Shown: piece after piece, positions 24,231 through 38,170 of the stretch | Numbering within the stretch: position 1 is the first letter of the stretch | Layout of the letters: each line of letters opens with the position of its first letter | NCBI GenBank assembly: GCA_028534125.1 | Contig: CM052816.1 | Coordinates: forward strand, 49,354,001-49,418,000 | Direction of reading: 5' to 3' | Origin: Lama glama | Lineage: Eukaryota | DNA length: 64,000 nucleotides | Notes under the pieces: generated by a model | What the model saw: only the letters and a program-made list of their open reading frames with translations | Database searches by the model: none | Told to the model about the DNA's origin: nothing | Made by a program: the position numbers and the translations under genes

Positions 24231-25635
24231 GGAATTTGACAAATAGGTGAAAATTATAGTGATTGGATACAACCAAAAGTGTCTCTAATTCATAAAATTA
24301 AGGAGTTGTCCAATCAGCATTAATAATACATTAGAATAATCAAATGTGTATTATGTAGATGTATGTTTTAGAATAATGGATATAATGATATATTTTAAGA
24401 ATATAGAGATTTACTGTCATTAGCTGCTATATGTAGATATGTAAGGTTTTCTAAAATTGTATTTATTACCTTTATGTAGATAGAAATCAATGTGTTAATT
24501 ATTTTATACATTTGTGCTAAATGGCTCTTAAAATAAATTGTAAATATAGTTTCTAAAATAGTTAACTACCATCCCCTTGTCACTTATTTTATCAGCTTGC
24601 CTAGAAATATCTCTTAATAAATTGCACAAAGGCAAACTTTGTAAAACTATCATGAACTTTAAGGTATATGGAGTCCAAATAAATGCAGCCTCCTAAATTA
24701 TGAAATATTCTGGTGACTAATTTGAGTCACTACTACATATGCTAAAACACATTTATTTTTTATAGCACGGATATATTAGTAATTTGAATACTCAGAAGGT
24801 ACAGATGTATCTTGGATACTCAAATATAGGTATATATTTCATTTCTTGTATGTGAACAAAAATAATCCTAGAGTAGAATGTCCTAAAAGTTACTCTGGGC
24901 TTCATGAATTTCATGTTAAAAATTCTATAACTGGCTTGGCTAATCCTTGTTTTTCTCTTGTAGTGGACTGAGAAACATGCTGGCATAATTTTCTTTTAAA
25001 TTTATTGTCTAATGCCTAGCATAGAGCATATTAAAATTGATGTTCAGTAGATGTTTAGTGATGACATTTTAGCCAATCATATAGAATAACCTGTGATTTT
25101 AGCTATTCATATTAATAACTTAAAATTTCTCCAGATGAGATTCTACTGGCTAAGAAGTTTTATCATCAGTTCAGTATAAGTTTTCTTCAACTTCTAGAGA
25201 AATTAACTCAGTATGTTCATGATCAAGAAAGATACTCAAATGCAATGACCAGACAAGGCAAACTTTTAGAAATTTTGTCCTTTGCTGACTTGGATTCACT
25301 GCAGATATACTTGCCACATAGAGTAGCTACTGACCTAGACTGTTACATAACTGGGACTTTGACAAAGATTCTCCTTCTAATTTTCTACATAAGTATGAAG
25401 ACATCACTTCATTTTAGGTTTTTATCTATGTCTAGGAACTAAAAAAGTATCTAATACCGCAAAAAGTGACAATTATACTGCAGATGTGGAACTTTTAAAA
25501 ATGCTTGTACATAAAAGCAGTATGAAGGGATTGATACCCACGCTGATAGTTTCTCCTGTGCAGCAGCATCAAAAGTATCTAGATACTGTTTTGTTTAAAA
25601 AAAAAAAAAAAAGAAAAGAAAGAAAAAAGGCAAAA

Positions 25636-25690
25636 CTCCAGTAGGTCCTGGGTTCAAGCCTTAGTACCCCATTTAAAAAAAAAAAAAAGG
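25636..25690 (+). mobile_element. 5'-truncated tRNA-derived SINE (camelid type)
   Basis: aggtcctgggttcaa (B-box GGTTCAA), then agtaccccattt and an A-tail. Flanked by aaaaaaggc/aaaggcaaaa direct repeats. Confidence 0.6.
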
Positions 25691-25939
25691 CTTACAAAGG
25701 CAAAAGTCAGAAGCAGGAATAAAAGCGAAATGACATAGGGGGAGCTGAAAGTGAAGGCCTTCAAGTTAAATAAAGGTCCCCAGAAAGGGGAAAATGTAAA
25801 GAATCTTAAGGATAATCAAGAAATCTGTCTCCTACTCCAAAACTTGCTTTGTGGAGAAAAGAAGTGCCTAATACAGTTAGGTAGCCCCAAAGGTACCCAC
25901 ACATTAGTCAGTTAACATAACTTGAGAACCTTAATATTA

Positions 25940-26280
25940 AGAATGGTGAAAAGTCTGACATCTTACTCTACTCGCTAGCCAACACGTCTCAGTGTTTTTA
26001 ATGTTGGTTGGAGACATGGGATTCCTGGACTAGGGACAGAAGCATTTATTTCTCTCAACAAAGCAAGCAGCTTTGAGCAAAAGCATGTTGGGTGTCCATT
26101 CTTCAAGTCCAAATTCTACTGGAGGGAGTTACTACCTCTATCCTCCAATGATTTTTGCTACCAAAAACAAACAAACAAAAAAGCCTGGGAAAAGGTACTC
26201 TGGAACAGTAGCACTCAGCGCTTTTGTTTGTAAGACGTCCAGAAACTCCTAAGCTCCACAGAGGATTCTCTCCCAACCTT
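25940..26280 (-). mobile_element. Degenerate LTR40-like ERVL LTR
   Basis: Similar to 18848-19357 (gacatgggattcctggactagggacagaagcatttatt) and ends tctcccaac. Confidence 0.5.
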
Positions 26281-27654
26281 TGCTATTAGTGATTGACTAA
26301 TGTAGACAGTACATTGTGGCTTGTTAAACACTGAACCCGAACCCACGTATTAATCCTTGTAAAAATGTTGCTATACCACATTCAACTTCTGTTAAAATAC
26401 TGTTTGCTAAATACGTTTAACCTGTTATATAGAAGAAACCTGTCTTTTCCAGTTGCATGTCTGCACCATTTCTTGGGGATTTTTTTGTTTTGTTTTTCTT
26501 CCTTTTATTCTTAATTAAAGAACAGGAACTTCTTCCTCCTGGATACTATCCCAGGTTAATTTATTCAGGTCAGTTTGATTTTTCATCTCGTTTTAAAGGT
26601 ATTAACTTGAAGGTCATCTAAACGCTGAGTATTTCTGAATTCCTTCCCTTAAGTTATCTAATGTCTATTCTGAAGCATCATTGCAAATGGACATTGTAAA
26701 AATTTTTTAAAGTTAAAATACTTATCATTTAAAACCTAAGGAAGAGGGGTAAAATTAAAACAGTGAAAATCTATAAAGATCTTTAATAACGTGTTTTTAA
26801 CTCATACGTTTATGTAATTAAGCACACACGTAGACAGACATATGTACAAACTTATACACATGGTAAAGTGTTTATACATTTGGATTCTAGAGTTAGTTTA
26901 CCTATGTTCATACCCAGACTGCTACTCAGAGCAGAGAAAACTCGGTTTCCACATGTGCAGAAACAGAGATAGCAGCAGTTACATGCATACATCATAAGCT
27001 TGCTGTGAAAATTAGTTCAATAATAGTGCAACCTTTAGTGTATTACTTAGACCTAGTAAGTGTTCAGTAGTTGCTAAGTTATAACTGTAATGCAGAGTAA
27101 TGCAGAATGGCTATGCTCCCAGTCACTAACAAGCAAGTTGAATGGCATTACAGACTTCAGTATCTTCATCTGTGAAAGCAGTACTATTGCAGTACCTGAT
27201 TTCTTATATTCAGTCAAACACCAAGATTCTTCTATTCTGTGACTATAATTATATGCAATGTTTGTTTTGAAATGTCAGCATTACAGTAAAATTCAATCAT
27301 GAGAAACTAACAAAAAACTATTATTGCAATTCTACTATTATGATTATTATTCACACAACTGTAATTACTATTCTGATTCCTAGTGCTTTTTTAGCTTTGT
27401 CTCACTACCAGACAGTAAAATTTCACAATCATATTGTCCCTCAGAAAAATTCTTGAGTTAAGTACATTAATGTTTGTTTTGCAAACAAAGAAACATGGGT
27501 TAATAAACTGGCGAAGGTCACATAACTGGAAAGAACTAAGGATAAAGCCTGAGGAGTGAAGGAACAGGAACACATTTTAGACAAAAGGATAATTTGGGTG
27601 GTGGGCATGGATTTCTAAATTAGTGTTTTTTTGTAGGCACTAAATTATTAATTT

Positions 27655-27893
27655 CTTTTTTTCTGGGAGATAACTTTATTATTTTTTCTTTTTTCTTTTA
27701 AAACATTTTTAAAATTATTTTTCATTGAAATGTAGTCAATTTACAATGTTAGTTTCAGGTATACAGCAAAATGATTCAGTTATCCATACATATATATGTA
27801 TTTTCTTAGATTCTTTTCCATTACAGCTCATTACAAGAAATTGAATATAGTTCCTTGTGCTATCCAGTAGGTCCTTGTTTATCTATTTTATAG
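27655..27893 (-). mobile_element. Truncated young L1 3' end with TSD
   Basis: ttgaaatgtagtcaatttacaatgttagtttcaggtatacagcaaaatgattcag. Direct repeat ATTATTAATTT at 27644-27654 and 27894-27904. Confidence 0.8.
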
Positions 27894-28351
27894 ATTATTA
27901 ATTTTTGAACAGAATTCTAAGTTCCTTAGAAACAAGAACCATTTGTTTCCCAGTTTCCTTCAAAACTTCTGTAAACAATAGGCTCTCAATGAACACATAT
28001 TGACTAAGTCAATCAGCCTATTCTCCTAGGATTATCTTGATAATATATTTGTTTTTTTGATAGGACATAAACAATCTCAAGGCATGAAGGAACAGTATTT
28101 TTGTAAAAAAAAAAAAAAGTTTCACTGAGTAAATATAGAATAGTTAGCCATGGTAATAATTAGAACACAGTATATTGACTTCAAAAGCTTTAGTCGTCAG
28201 TGTTTGCATAAAGGAAGTTCTGGCACAGAATTGAAAGTGATCATTGACTTCTGTGTGAACATCAAGTGGTTGGCAGGAGATGTGCAAAGCGGAGATCAGC
28301 ACTTCTTCGTGCAGAAGGTCGAGCAGACATCTGTCTTCACTGAAGACATAC

Positions 28352-28397
28352 CATGTTCTGATGAACCATGGCTGACTAAGAATGTCAACAACATCCC
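28352..28397 (-). other. Candidate 46-nt exon in non-repetitive sequence
   Basis: Acceptor attttaactctag| and donor ATG|gtatgt. Two open frames (GMLLTFLVSHGSSEH or DVVDILSQPWFIRT). No homology recognised. Confidence 0.25.
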
Positions 28398-28876
28398 CTA
28401 GAGTTAAAATCTGGCAAGATTTAAATGATCTCTGTTCTGAATAGAGCAATTTTTTTAATTTAAAATGATGATTTCTAAATTGTCTCAAATCCTCAATTAT
28501 GTGTAACATTTTTTTCTCAAGCTTAAGAGGAAAACACAAATGCCACCAAAATTAAATGATTCCAAATTGGAAGTGGATCATGTTGAAACAATGTAATTTT
28601 CCTTCCGGCTTTTAACATAAAGCATCAAAATGATACCCATTTTTCCAAATCGCAGAAACAATGTAGAATATGATCAGTATGGGACTGTTACGCGTATAGT
28701 CAGACACAGTCTTTTCATTTGTTTAGCCAGTAACACATTATGCAAGGACATAAATTCTTGTATTATTTTGCTTAAACCATTGTTGCATTTTCTCCCAGTA
28801 CTTCATAAAACAAAAGTAAAATTTGAGCCAAAAATTCACTTTTCATTATCAGAAAATACAGGATGCCCATATTCTT

Positions 28877-30167
28877 TTTTTGTGTGTGTGTATATTTATA
28901 TATTTTTCTTCAAGTATAGTCAGTTTACAATGTTGTAACAATTTCTGGTGTACAACATAATATTTTAGTCATATGTGAACATTTGTTTTCATACTCTTTT
29001 TTCACCGTAAGTTACTACAAGATATTGAATGTAGTTCCCTGTCCTATACAGTATGAACTTGTTTATCTATTTTATGTATGTATTAGTTGGTATCTGCATA
29101 TCTTGAATTCCCAATTTATCCCCTCCCACCCTCTTGCCCCTCTGTTAACCATAATTTTGTTTTCTGTGTCTGTCTTTTTCTGTTTTGTAAATAAGTTCAC
29201 TTGTCTATCTTTTTATTTGTAGATTCCACATATAAGTGATGTTATATGGTATTTTTACTTGTCTTTCTGGCTTACTTCACTTAAAATGACAGTCTCCAAG
29301 TCCATCCTTGTTGCTGGAAATGGTATTATTTTACTATTTTTATGGCTGAGTAGTATTCCATTATATAAATATACCACAACTTCTTTATCCAGTCATCTGC
29401 CCATAGACATTTAGGTTGTTTCCGTGTCTTGGCTATTGTAAATAATGCTGCTATGGACATTGGGATGCATATAATTTTTGGAATTAAAGTTCCCTCTGGA
29501 TATATGCTCAGGCATGGGATTGCTGGATTATATGGTAGTCTATTTTTAGTCTTTTGAGGAATCTCCATGCTGTTTTCCATAATGGCTGCACCAAAATGCA
29601 TTCTCACCAACAGTGTAGGGATAGGAGTTCCTCCACACGCTCTCCAGCATTTATTGCATTTATCCCTTGTGGACTTTTGAATGATGGCCATTCTGACTGG
29701 TATAAGGTATAAGGTCATTGTCATTTTGATTTGCTTTTCTCTGATAATTAGCGATATTGAACATGTTTTCATGTGCCTATTGGCCATTTGTAGGTCTTCA
29801 TTGGAGAATTGCTTGCTTAGGTCTTCTGCTCATTTTTGGATTGAATTGTTTGTTTTTTTCTTAAGTTGTAGGGGCTGTTTATATATTCTGGAAATTAAGC
29901 CCTTGTCAGTCTCATCGTTCGCAAATATTTTCTCCTGTTCCATAGGTTATCTTTTTTAACTTATGGTTTCCTTTGCTGTGCAAAAGCTTTTAAGTTTAAT
30001 TAGGTCCCATTTGTTTATTTTTGCTTTTATTTCTATTGCTTGGGTTGATTGCCCTAGGAGAACACTGCTGAGATTTATGTCAGATGATGTTTTGTCTGTG
30101 TTTTCTTCTAAGAGGTTTATAGTGTCTTGTCTTATGCTTAAGTCTTTAAGACATTTTGAATTTATTT
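28877..30167 (-). mobile_element. 5'-truncated lineage-specific L1 (1.3 kb; ORF2 C-terminus and 3' UTR)
   Basis: ORFs 29956-30174 and 29326-29787 translate to L1 ORF2p C-terminal motifs ([46 protein letters not shown]). Perfect 13-bp TSD TGCCCATATTCTT at 28864-28876 and 30168-30180. Confidence 0.95.
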
Positions 30168-30259
30168 TGCCCATATTCTTGTAACAGAAGTTTAACTACT
30201 ACTTGCTTAGATCATAATTTGTAGCAAACATCATGCTAATAATCATTTTTTATTAATCA

Positions 30260-30400
30260 TTTCTATAGTATCTGACTTTAGAGATGAAAAAATTGGCTTT
30301 AGAGAGAGTGAATCACAGGTCAAGGTCTCTGGCTGGACAGTGCCTGAGCCACAGTGATCTCCTTTAAGTTCTGTCTGACTCTGATGCCTATGCTGAGACA
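30260..30400 (-). mobile_element. MIR fragment
   Basis: tttagagatgaaaaaattggctttagagag...caaggtc...tctgtctgactc. Confidence 0.5.
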
Positions 30401-31475
30401 GTATCATGGCCTCAGTAAATCTATATCCTTTTCAATAAATATTGTGGCAAAATCGTCATGGCATGTGAAAGATCCCCCAGAATAGGACTTGTTGATCTGG
30501 TACAGCCCAAGTCTGCATTCAACTTCATAGGGATGTTAGGAGTCTCTAAAACGAAATAAATTAACATAAAAGTGAGTAAATACAATAGATGCTAGGAATA
30601 TCTTTCTTCTAAAATTACTATTGTATATTCTTAAGAAAAACTAAACTTTTAAAAAGTACTTTGCTTGTTTTTAAGTCTTTAAGAAATGAGTAGCTAAGAA
30701 ATTACACGTTCTGTGTGATATAATACACGAACAGGAAGCCCTGATGCTCCATTTGTGTGTGGGTGTCAGGAAACATTTCCAGTTCTCAAGATTCTACGTA
30801 TTGTTGGCTTAGTTATTATTGTAGTTTCTTTTTGTATAATCTCAACATTTGTGAAACTTTTCATTATTCATTATGTATTTAATGTTTATTTTATAAAAAT
30901 ATCCTACAGTGATCCAAAGTAGTAAGATATTTTAAATGTGAAGTCATAGTCCCTAAAATTATTCTCAAACCAAATATACAGAAGTCAGAATATTTCAAAG
31001 AAAGGATGCCAAATTTCATCCACTGATTTCCAGCAAATGGGAGTTAAGCAGCCCAAGATGAAATGATTAATGACTTTGGGAACAGACTAATTCCAGGGCG
31101 TTGTAAATGTCAGTTTTCTGTCTTCCTCCCCATTCTGAAAGTTTATCAGTGTGAAACAGTTTTCCTGATATGCACAAAGAAGGCAAAATATAGGAACAGT
31201 CTTCCTGCTGAACCTAATTCAAAAATTCAATTCACTTACAGTGTTGTTAATTTAAAATAGGCATGTTATGCAACACAAATGCTGTCTCACAGAAATATGT
31301 ATACTTTTATAACAAAAATATAAAATGCATAATGTTCAATGCATTTTGAACTTTTAAATTGAATAAAATTGATTAATTTGTATTTCTTTAAATAGTTAAA
31401 AGTTTCTCCTGACAGTATGCCATGTGTCATAAGTTGAAAATGATATAGATTGCAGTCAACCTGGGGAAGGTTCTT

Positions 31476-32200
31476 GTGATAGTCAGAGTACTCTACTGGT
31501 CTCCCACATTCCAGTCAACTGGAGTACATGCCCTGTTTAAGCCATTTCCTTTCAGCGTGGGTGGACCCAGTGACTGTGAAGGGGTATCACTTCCAGGAGA
31601 AGCTTATATGGAGAAAGTGAAAGGATTTTGCAGAAATAAGGAATGTCCTTAAACAGCTGACTTTAAGTTAATTGAAAGAGAAGTTAGTTATCCTGGTGGT
31701 CCTCACCTGATTAGAGAACCCACAAAAAAGAAAGAGAAAGAGAGAAAGAAAAGGAAAGAAAGAAAGAGAAAGAAAGAAAAAGGCGGAAGGAAGGGAGGGA
31801 GGGAGGGAGGAAGGAAGGACCTCTAAAGGTCAGCCACAGAAGAGATTCAAAACAGCAGAGTCCTTTTCTCATTGGTCTCAAATAAGTAATCTTCTGGATT
31901 ATGGAGAGGGCCACAAGATAGGGAAGAGTAGGGAGCTTCTAGGAGCTGAGGGCCTCACCTACAGCTTCAGAGAACTGAGTGCTTCAATGGCCAGTGAGTT
32001 TGGAAGAGAAATTAAAGCTTTAGATGAGATCACAGCCCTGGCTGATGACTTTGTTTCATCCTGCTGAGACCCTGAGGAGTGGACGGAGAAAGCCCATGCT
32101 CAGACTCCATATTCAAAGAAACTGCAAAATGATAAATTTGTGTTGATTTTAACCAGTAAATCTGTGGTCATTTGTTACACAGCAATAGAAAACTAATAGA
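31476..32200 (+). mobile_element. MaLR LTR (MLT1E-like) containing a GA-rich microsatellite at about 31722-31818
   Basis: gaagggattttgcaga-type motif, gatgagatcacagccctggctga, and end tctgtggtcatttgttacacagcaatagaaaactaata. Confidence 0.8.
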
Positions 32201-33409
32201 CTTAGCTACAGCTATCTTCTCTGGTATTGAATCATAAAGTTATTCATATGCCCTTTGCTTTAGTATAGGGAGAAAATCGCAGGTGAATTTTCATACTCCC
32301 TATTTTGTCATTAGATGGTCACTCTTTTCACCTTCAGCACTATTACTTTTCACCAGTTCAAACAACAAAACTAAATACTAGAAATTTTAACACAGAATCG
32401 AGTCCGAAAGGAAAAAATAGAAAAATTAAGTATTTTGCATGATCATGAAATCAGTGGAAGCCAGTAATATCTCAGCTCTCTATCCAGTAGGTTTAAGTCA
32501 CATCCTGATTTTCTCATATGAGACTGAGCTTGAGTTTTCTTTTATTTTCAAATTCTTCAAACTATGAAATATAATATCTTCAAATACATTCATTTCAAGT
32601 AATTCCATTTCAACTGGACCAACCAATTCAAATGTCCCATGGGATTGATTACACAGAGATAATAGGCTAATAAGCACATGATGAAAATATGACTTGCTGT
32701 GCTGAAAAAATCACTTGTCTTTTGTTTTTTCCAATTGTGGTATCTGTGAATCACTCAACAACATAGTGAGGATTATTTTATATATGATGATTTTGATGTT
32801 CCAAGTCAACATTTAAAGTATTTTTGAATTATGCAATAGGATATACTTCTAAAAAGATTCCTTTTGTGAAAGCTGGATTTTGTAGTCAAGCATTATGTCT
32901 TCATTGGTATTTTACATTGAATTTTCAGAAGGAAAAATTGGATATAAAATAATCACACTTTCTTAAAATTCCAGTTAGTGCTGTTTTTCTAAAAAATTTT
33001 AATTTTACTGTACATCAAAAATTTGAATATATCTTTGAATTAACCATAAGTAAGTCTAATGTTCTATATAAATGACTATTACAAAGTCATATCAAATGAT
33101 CTAATATGAAAATTAATCTCAGAATCAATAAAATTAATTTAGCTGGACATGATTATCTCTGTGTCAAATGCTTTTGACCTCAGGACATTTTCTGAACCCC
33201 AGGTCAGATCCTCTGTTACAAGTTCCTAAACACCTTATTCTATTTTAATAATTGACCAACTGTATTTTAATTATTTTTGAATGCTTACTTCCATTCCCCA
33301 CCACAAGCCTATGAGCTTCACTAGGAAAGAGACTTTGTCTTGTTCAGCACAGGACCCTGATACGAACAGTATGGAGCTTCAAAGAAACCCTTAATAGGGC
33401 AAATTGACC

Positions 33410-33590
33410 AAAGGAGGGATAGAAGGAGAGAGAAGGGGAGGAAGGAGGAGAGATGGGAGGGAGAAAAGGAGAGAGCAAAAGAGGGAGAAAGGAAAGGACA
33501 AAGACAGGAAATAAGGGAGGAAAGGACCAGAAGATGAAAAGAGGAAAGATTCAGAGGCAAGTAAGAAGGGAGGAAAGAAGGAAGAAAAAC
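33410..33590. repeat. GA-rich low-complexity tract following an L2 3' end
   Basis: Polypurine run that explains ORF 33321-33641. Confidence 0.8.
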
Positions 33591-33792
33591 TATTGTTATG
33601 AATGTAAAGAATAATCCATCTCTCAACAGTAAGAAAATCATACCTACCTTTGAATAAGTGTCTACAAATAGATATTTATTATCTTTTTAAGTATTATCTC
33701 CATTTTACATCTTTATATATTTATAGTTCATGGACTTTTAATCTGCAGCATAAAAATCAGGCTAATATTCAGAAATAGTTACCTTAGCTATT

Positions 33793-35105
33793 TCCCCCCA
33801 GTTTTATTGAGATACAGTTGACATATAACATCATATTAATTTTAGGTGTAAAATACAATGATTTGATATATGTATTTATTGTGAAATGACTACCACAGTA
33901 AGTTTAGTTAACATCCATCATCTCACATAGTTACATTTTTTCTTATAAGAAATTTTAAGATCTACTCTCATAGCAACTTTCAAATAGACAGTACATCATT
34001 ATTAATAATAGTCACCATGCTGTACATTACATCCCCAGCATTTATTTATCTTATAACTAGAAGTTTGTATTTTTTTTTACTACATTCACCACTTTTGCTC
34101 CTCCCCACCTCTGTCAGTCACCAATATGCTCTCTGTATCTATGAGGTTTTTATAGACTGCACATATAGGTAAGATCATACAGTATTTGTCTTTGTCTGTC
34201 TGTCTTACTTCACTTTAGTATTGCCCACAAAATCCATTCATCTTGTCTGAAATGGCAGGACTTCATTGTTTTTATGGCTGAATAATACTCCTCTGTGTGT
34301 GTATGTGTGTAGCATTTTTTTTTCCTTAATTCATTCTTCCATCCATGAACACTTTGGTTGTTTCCATATATGGCTATTGTAAATAATGCTGCTAAGAACA
34401 TGGGGATGATATATCTTTTCAGGATAGTGTCTTTGTTTCTTCAGGTAAATACTCAGCCATGGAATTTGTGGATTGTATGGTAGTTACAATTTTAATTTTG
34501 AGGGAACCTCCATATTGTTTTCATAGTGGCTGCACCAATTTACATTCCCACTAACAATGCACAAGGGTTCCCTTTCCTTCACATCCTCACAAACACTGTT
34601 TTATCCTGTCATTTTGATCATAGCTATTCTAATAAGTGTGGAGTGACTTCTCATTGAGGTTTTGATTTTGTATTTCCCTGATGATTAGTGATAGTGAGTA
34701 CCTTTTAGTATACCTGTTGGCTATTTGTGTATCTTCTGAGGAAAAATGTTTATTCAGCTTCTTTGCCCATTTTAAAATCATATTGTTCACTTTAATTCTA
34801 TTGAATTGTGTGAATTTTATGTACATTTTAGATATGAACCCTTTAGCAGCCATATAATGTGCATATATTGTCTCCGTTCCATAGGTTTCCTTTACTTTTT
34901 GTCAGTGGTTTCCTTTGCTGTGCAGAAGCCTTTTGGTTTGACATAGTCCCCCTTTGTTCTCTTGCCTTTGCTTTTCGTGTTAAATCCAAAAAAATCATTG
35001 CCAAGATTAATCATTGCCAAGAGCTTACCTCCTGAGTTTTTCTCTATTAGGTTTATGGTCCCAGGTCTTATGTTGAGATCTTCAATCCATTTTGAGTTGA
35101 TTTTA
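33793..35105 (-). mobile_element. 5'-truncated L1 (L1MA9-like, 1.3 kb)
   Basis: 3' end ttttattgagatacagttgacatataaca...gtttagttaacatccatcatctcacatagttac. ORFs 34210-34401 and 34629-34853 resemble ORF2p ([28 protein letters not shown]). Confidence 0.9.
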
Positions 35106-35304
35106 GAAAAAAATTCACTGATTTTAATGAGATATGATGCTCTCTAACCCTTCTAAGACAGCCAGGTATTTTCAAACATTAGTTACAAAATGAAAATGCA
35201 ATTCTATACATACTTAACAACAACTTAAACATAAACACAGTGTTTTAATTTTAATTATTAATTTTATAGCATATTTACTTGGTGTGCTTTAAATGAAAGA
35301 AACA

Positions 35305-35523
35305 TTTGAACAACACAAGTCTGAATGGCTTGCATCCACTTAATATGTGGATTTTTTCCAATAGCAAATATATGATATTACCTGATGTCTGGTTAGTTGA
35401 ATCTGTGCATATGAAAATGCTAATCCAGAGGAACCCCATATTCAGAGGGCTGACTAGAAGTTATATAGGGATTTTTCACTGCTGGAGAGTTGGCACCCCT
35501 GTGTTGTTCAAGGGTGAGCTGTA
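35305..35523. mobile_element. TcMar-Tigger non-autonomous DNA transposon (MER8/Tigger2a-like)
   Basis: Inverted terminal remnants ttgaacaacaca ... tgtgttgttcaagggtgagctg followed by TA. Confidence 0.75.
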
Positions 35524-37269
35524 CCAAAAAAGTTATTGTCCAAAAAATAATGTAATTTTTTTAAGAATTGTTATAACAATTCATGATGAATTGAACCATG
35601 ATTTGAGACAAGTTTCTTTAAACAATAATAGCAAAATCTACAACATTCATAACGTTTTAATAAAGTCTGTCTAGAAAGTAAAAATTACCAGTGCTTACCT
35701 TACTCTGGCTTCTCCCACCATGTGCTACAAGACTTGCTTACAACTCAGTCTTGGATTGACCCCTGTCTAGCTCCTTGGCAGTGCTTGAAAAGTTCTCTAA
35801 TAGGGCAGTTTCTGAATGCCAATTCTTTTCAGAGACTAAGGATGTCAGAATGTGCTATAAAGTAGGCTGCTTGGATGTCAGAACCTTTTTATCACTCAAA
35901 TTGCTGTGCTTAGGACCTTCTCTGTTTCAAAAGCATCTACCTCCAGTCCCCAGTGCCTCCACAGTCAGTATCACACCCACACCACGTGCTCACGTGGAGC
36001 CCAACGTCTATGTTGTTTTCAGAAGTGCCCTACTGTTGCTGCTTCATCTCCAGTGTGATTCTGGTGCCTGTTTGCCACTTAGTACTTTCCCTTCAATGGT
36101 AACCATTATATTTTACTACCTTATTTACTGGTACTCTACCAAGCATCTGAAATTTTCAATTCCATTCTTAGTTTTTCCTCTTAGCTGTTTTTAGAACCTT
36201 TCGACTTTAATTTTCTGAATGCCTAAACAGTTTCCTAATGAGTCAACCATTTTAAGACAATCATAGTAGGTTAATGATTTTTTGACACTGTCACTGACAT
36301 TTCCTAGAACTCTGCAGTGATCCTTCTATCCTTTCTCTTTTCAGTCACCTTTTTTTCCAGCAAGAACATAGTTCGGTTGCCAAGGCTATCATATCATATT
36401 CATCTTACTAATTCTTCTTAACTTTTTAGTATCTTCATAAAAGTCTTGAAGAAACATATGTGTGTATCCACAATCATGCATCCACAGATGTTAAAGCTGC
36501 AATTACTAATTTTTCCTATCTGCTTAGCAAAATGATCAACCATATTTTATCAAATAGAAACTTCAGGGATTTAAAAAATATTTTTAATAGTTATAATTAT
36601 TAGCTCCTGCCAACCCTCTCCACGCCATCCCTAATCCTAACCCTTGTTCATCCCTGGTTTAGACTCCTTTAGGGTGAATGAGGATGCTTATTCCCAGAAA
36701 ACTGATTCTCTGTTTAGGTTAACACACGTGCTTATGACTCTTGTCCCTTGTAAGCTCTTTGGAGACAATGTACACATTGTTATGGGGGTCACGTGCTCTG
36801 TGCAGGGCACTGTCCCAGGCACTGTGGTTGACTTAGTAGTTTCATGCCGCTGCCCCAGGTTTGCTCTAGTGGGTGGAAGAGTGGGTTTGGGAGAGGGGCT
36901 CTAGGATCAACACAGTTCTGAAAACTTCCACTTGAAAAGAAGCCGTTTAATTAATGCATAATAGCGTACGTAATGACTTAACTGGATCATGAACCCTTTT
37001 TCTCTGCTCTCATGAATAAACCCTGTCTTCCTACCTCTGATTCTCCCTTGTGCATCTAGAAAAGATGAGCAATAGAGGAGGGAAAAGTCTCTGAAACTCT
37101 GCTTTTCATTTGTTTCTCAACCAGAACATTGAAAGCAAGTATATGGAGTTTAGAATTTTATATAAGTTGAAAAGGAAAAAAAATGAAGACCTGAGTAGGG
37201 AAATGAGAATGAGGGGCTGACTGTTAGAAGACAGAGATGGTCTGATTTTCATGAAAGCAGATAAATATG

Positions 37270-37520
37270 GGTTATCAGCTCATGTTCAGGTGCTGGACAT
37301 CTTAGGGTTGAACCCTGGCCTCTATCAGCTACCCACGAACTCTTTCTCAGCTAAATGATATGCGTCAACAAATTTTGAACATCTTACTTTTAAATTATGT
37401 TTCTAAGTCTGGTTGATGATGATAATAATACCTTAACTCTTACCCTTCTGTGAGATTCAGTAAGTTTAAATTTTATAGTACTTTAGAATAAGATATGGCA
37501 CTTAATAAGTGTTTTATATT
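37270..37520 (+). mobile_element. MIR
   Basis: gggttgaaccctggccctctatcagctacc...ataataataccttaactc...gtactttagaataagatatggcacttaataagtg. Confidence 0.55.
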
Positions 37521-37599
37521 ATACTTATTATATATCATTTGTGTTATCTATATTATAGTAAAAATCATACATTGTTGCTTTTTTAAAGTTTGGAAAACA

Positions 37600-38070
37600 G
37601 ATTTAGAAGTAGACGAGGTGAGGCAGGGAGAAAAGAGGGACGGACGCGTAGGTCCCAAGCAAGAGATTGGATAAAGGTGGTGATATGAGAAAAAGTGAAT
37701 GGATTTTTGGAAGTTAGAATCTACTCTGCTTGGATCTTGCAGGTGAGGGAAAGAGAAATGAAGGAAGATGCCTAGATTTTCAGTGTGAGTAACTCAGAAT
37801 AATATAATTATGTGACTTTAAAAAGATAAGACACAGAGTCCTTAAAGAAGCAGAATATTTTTTACAGAAAAATAAGAATTCTGTTTTATATTTTTAAAGT
37901 TTCAGATGTCTATTAAATATACAAGTCAAGAAGGCAGCTGTGACCATGATTGTGGAGTATGGGGAGATTTGGGATTTAGAAATTCAGCTAGAGATGGAGA
38001 TTTGAGAATCATAAGTCTACGGATTATCTTTAAACTGTGGGTTTGGGTAGGATGACTTATGGACAATTTG
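37600..38070 (-). mobile_element. L2 fragment
   Basis: gatgcctagattttcagtgtgagtaact...aagtttcagatgtctatta...gctagagatggagatttgagaatcat. Confidence 0.6.
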
Positions 38071-38170
38071 TAGATATCTCAAGGAACTGTTACTAAATAG
38101 GAAGGAAAAAAACAAATGAAAGTAAGAAACTTCATCAATTCCTAATATTTACAACAATTTTCTGTTATCC

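Noticed and set aside
36628..36644. Telomere-like ccctaatcctaaccct
   Set aside because: Fewer than three imperfect units, as expected by chance.
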